Shown: in pieces, positions 61,301 to 64,000 of the stretch | Numbering within the stretch: the stretch's first letter is position 1 | Layout of the letters: every line of letters starts with the position of its first letter | DNA from: Phoronis australis | Lineage: Eukaryota > Animalia > Phoronida | Assembly: GCA_002633005.1 (NCBI GenBank) | Contig: NMRA01000139.1 | Location: 620,001 to 684,000 of the forward strand | Direction: 5' to 3' | Length of the DNA stretch: 64,000 nt | Notes under the pieces: model-generated | The model's database searches: none | Told to the model about the DNA's origin: nothing | What the model saw: the letters and a program-made list of their open reading frames with translations, nothing else | Made by a program: the position numbers and the translations under genes

Positions 61301-63643
61301 TGACTTGACAACCGAAAGTGGGAGTTGCTGTGACCGCTCTCCGTATGTATTAAATTGGATATAATCTCTGTCATCAAGAACAGAGGAATATTGCTTACCT
61401 GGCTACGGACATTTGTTGCTTCAAAATGAAATTGATTCACAGTGACACTTGTTCTAGGGTATCGCTGGACACTTGTTCTGGGGAATCAGTGGGCCCTAAC
61501 GCCCAGAATATAAGCGAAAGAGAATTAATAAAATTACTGTGGGTAATAGACTGTAACTGACACTTTGGCGGAAACAGTGTTGGATGTAGAAACTATGTTT
61601 GGCCCGAAGCATCAATGACAGAGGAATATGGTCTACCGGATGCAGGAATATGTATGTACGTTTGTGGTTTATCATCTTCCTTCACTGTATCTATACACGG
61701 TGTTAGGAAGTTATTCCTGCTGTGGACAACTCAAGCCTCATCATATTGACATCCCAAATGTCTTGTTTGGGTGTACCAGAAGTAAACATTTTGAACAAAG
61801 GCGAGACCAGTACTATCGTTCATCGGCATGTTTGTTCACAATACCGACACCATGTGAAATTCGTACTTTTCAGCCATCATCTCATGGTACAGTAAAAACA
61901 CCACATAACTGAATAAACCCAACGAAAAGATGCAGGAGGCCACGTTCTTAAGAATGCAACTGTCTATATACTGGAAGAATGGGAAGTATGTGTTCAGAAC
62001 CACAGGGTTGAGTTACATAGACGCATGAAGCTTTCCAGTTGATTTAGTGTAATCACATGCTTTTTTAATGCATGGCGATATGTCGCGAAGGCAAGCAAGA
62101 TCTTACGTTTTCACGAGTGCTTTGAAGGTACGGAACGTGCAGATTCAACAATGAAGAAACCCACATGAGACTCTCTAGTTCTTGAGTATCTGCTTAAACG
62201 TCTTCAGTTCTCCAAGGTGGAGGTCTCGTCAGAATGTAAAATGCATGCTCACCCAATAAGTCCCATTCGCCATTGATGGTGTATTTGGCAAGGTCCGCGC
62301 GGTCCGCTTTCAATCTAAGGTCCAACTTAGTACCGTCATACGTCCAGGAACCAAACTTCATGATGCATTCTTGTTTGTCAAATGGAAACCATGTGATGTC
62401 AATTTTGCACGTGGAGCGAAACATGCCTGGTGGAATGTATGACGTGGTTCCGTCATGATTTACTATGACGTTTGTTTGATATGTGCTGTCAAAATTGTCA
62501 TCGGCGCTGTGTAAATACAAAGAGGATAAAGTTTATCAATCGGCGCTGGATTGTTAGCGGAGTTGACATGACCGGTAACAATGACTATTGTACAGCCACT
62601 GATTCATCTTTGTACGATATCATTCGTTAAGAGTTAAGCCAGCCGTGAAATGTTCCGTTTAATTCATGACGTCCCGACGCCAGATGTCTCTATTCGCAAT
62701 TTAACCAATCACTGAGACTGCGTTCCGTAGACGTGAGAACCTCGTGAAAACTCAAGTCTTTGCGACATAACGTTATGTTTTGCAAACACTCAGCCTTCTT
62801 CGCGAGAATCCTTCGTCTACGAAACTCAATCGCTCAGGCAATCTTAACAAAGAGAGCAGACGATGCCAGTACATGAAAAAATTCACAAACACGCAAATCT
62901 AATAAGAAAAATCAGGGAAAAGAATAAACAAAAATAAGCCGCTCTCTTGGGCTAACCAGGCCATGTGGAACTCGGGTGAAAAATGCCGTAACTATCCAAT
63001 TCTTTTTTCAATTTGGCTTGCGTTTTGCTTGTTATTGTCAACATCGAAAGTCGCCTTCTGTCATAACACACAAATGTCGTGTAGTTCTTGTTAAAACTAT
63101 TAAGATTTTTAAATCCAAAACGGCAACGTTTCGCTAGAAAGTAAAGACTACATAGTCTGGAGAACCGATGTTATTGATTCAATAAAGTTGAAACGTCATT
63201 TGAAATTAATTTACTCCTCCGCAACAACATTCAATTCAATGGAAATCTAGAGTACCAACTGTCAAGGCTCAGTGTTTTGCAGAAGCACGTTGAAGAAGCC
63301 TTGACTGTCCATTAAATTGACCAATCGTGTGCGTTACCAGAAGCAACGATGAAGACTTAAAGACAAGTTATCTAATTCCTGCATAGGGTCAGTTAAGTAA
63401 CTTGTTTATCACCACCATCTTTTAACAATAAAACACTCATTTCGTGGTTGACGTAGGTCAATTGGTTTTTCATGACTGGCATGAGCAAACTACAGCACCA
63501 ATCTCAAAATTTTTAGTAGACTACAGACCATACCTATTGTACATCAAGACATCCGGCATCCATAAGTTGCTGGGATGAATGCGGACACTCGTTACGTTGC
63601 CATACTCCGCAGGTTCCCAACGTAAGCTTGCGTCGGTCCAACC
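57879..63643 (-). CDS. CHRNA7-like: alpha7-like nAChR subunit gene C, paralog of gene B (5' exons lie beyond the window end)
   Basis: Minus-strand exons 63643-63534 (110 nt), 62506-62253 (254), 60981-60784 (198, YDCCPNAPY), 60399-60313 (87, TM2), 59261-59152 (110, TM3), 58322-57879 (loop+TM4, TAA). All are GT-AG and in frame; highly similar to gene B. Confidence 0.92.
59152..59261 (-). CDS. Gene C exon 8 (TM3)
   Basis: IYFGAVVLLCALTVVFAIFVLNFHHRNSSTHDMPRW, 110 nt. Confidence 0.92.
60313..60399 (-). CDS. Gene C exon 7 (TM2)
   Basis: GVTILLAYTVFMMVVSDSLPSTSDAVPLL, 87 nt. Confidence 0.92.
60784..60981 (-). CDS. Gene C exon 6 (loop C, TM1)
   Basis: Within ORF 60743..61039; tttcag| and G|gtgaga. 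Confidence 0.93.
62253..62506 (-). CDS. Gene C exon 5 (Cys-loop, loop B)
   Basis: Within ORF 62194..62520; acacag| and G|gtgagc. Confidence 0.93.
63534..63643 (-). CDS. Gene C exon 4 (GWTDASLRWEPAEYGNV...WMPDVLMYN)
   Basis: 110-nt loop A exon, atatag| and AG|gtatgg. Confidence 0.9.
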
Positions 63644-64000
63644 CTATATGAGGACAGATTTGTGTAGGCCAATAAAAGCATTCTATGTAGTAGTGTAATG
63701 CTGCGTCATACTCAGTGGTGATATCAGGAAATTGGATAACGTGAATCAACGAGTGAAAAAGCGTGCTCATGTCACATAGCGAAACATGCATTTCGAGTCA
63801 AAAGTGTTACATATTGGGAGTACGTTGAACCTTCATTGACGTTTCATGAACAGTTATGAGGAGGCGTGGTTCTTTGGCTGGTGCCAACCTATAAACCGTA
63901 TCGTACTGACAACTGCCCGAAATTTCACAGTCATGATCAAAAATAGGCGCGGCTTGTGGTGGTGGACAGAACTGTTCATCCATGAACAACCCTGCCCATG

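Overview
Eukaryotic (animal, probably invertebrate; taxon not determinable from the sequence) genomic window holding a cluster of nicotinic acetylcholine receptor (nAChR, Cys-loop) subunit genes. Plus strand (~4.5-32.1 kb): one alpha-subunit locus with an unusual modular layout. A single set of 5' exons (signal peptide, exon 2, 45-nt exon 3) is followed by two tandem, frame-incompatible copies of the 110-nt loop-A exon. These are followed by three tandem, intact two-exon 3' cassettes (large ligand-binding/TM1-3 exon plus TM4 terminal exon), each with its own stop codon and polyA signals. I found no 5' exons in front of cassettes 2 and 3, so the locus looks like a 'constant 5' / variable 3' combinatorial splicing system giving at least 2x3=6 alpha subunits with different agonist-binding loops (inference; no transcript data). 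Minus strand: two tandem alpha7-like paralogs facing the first locus tail-to-tail. Gene B spans 37.6-45.6 kb (exon 1 not found) and gene C runs from 57.9 kb off the window end. The rest is a decayed CR1/L2-type LINE, several MITEs and small tandem repeats. Exon coordinates were derived by hand from GT-AG boundaries and reading-frame continuity.
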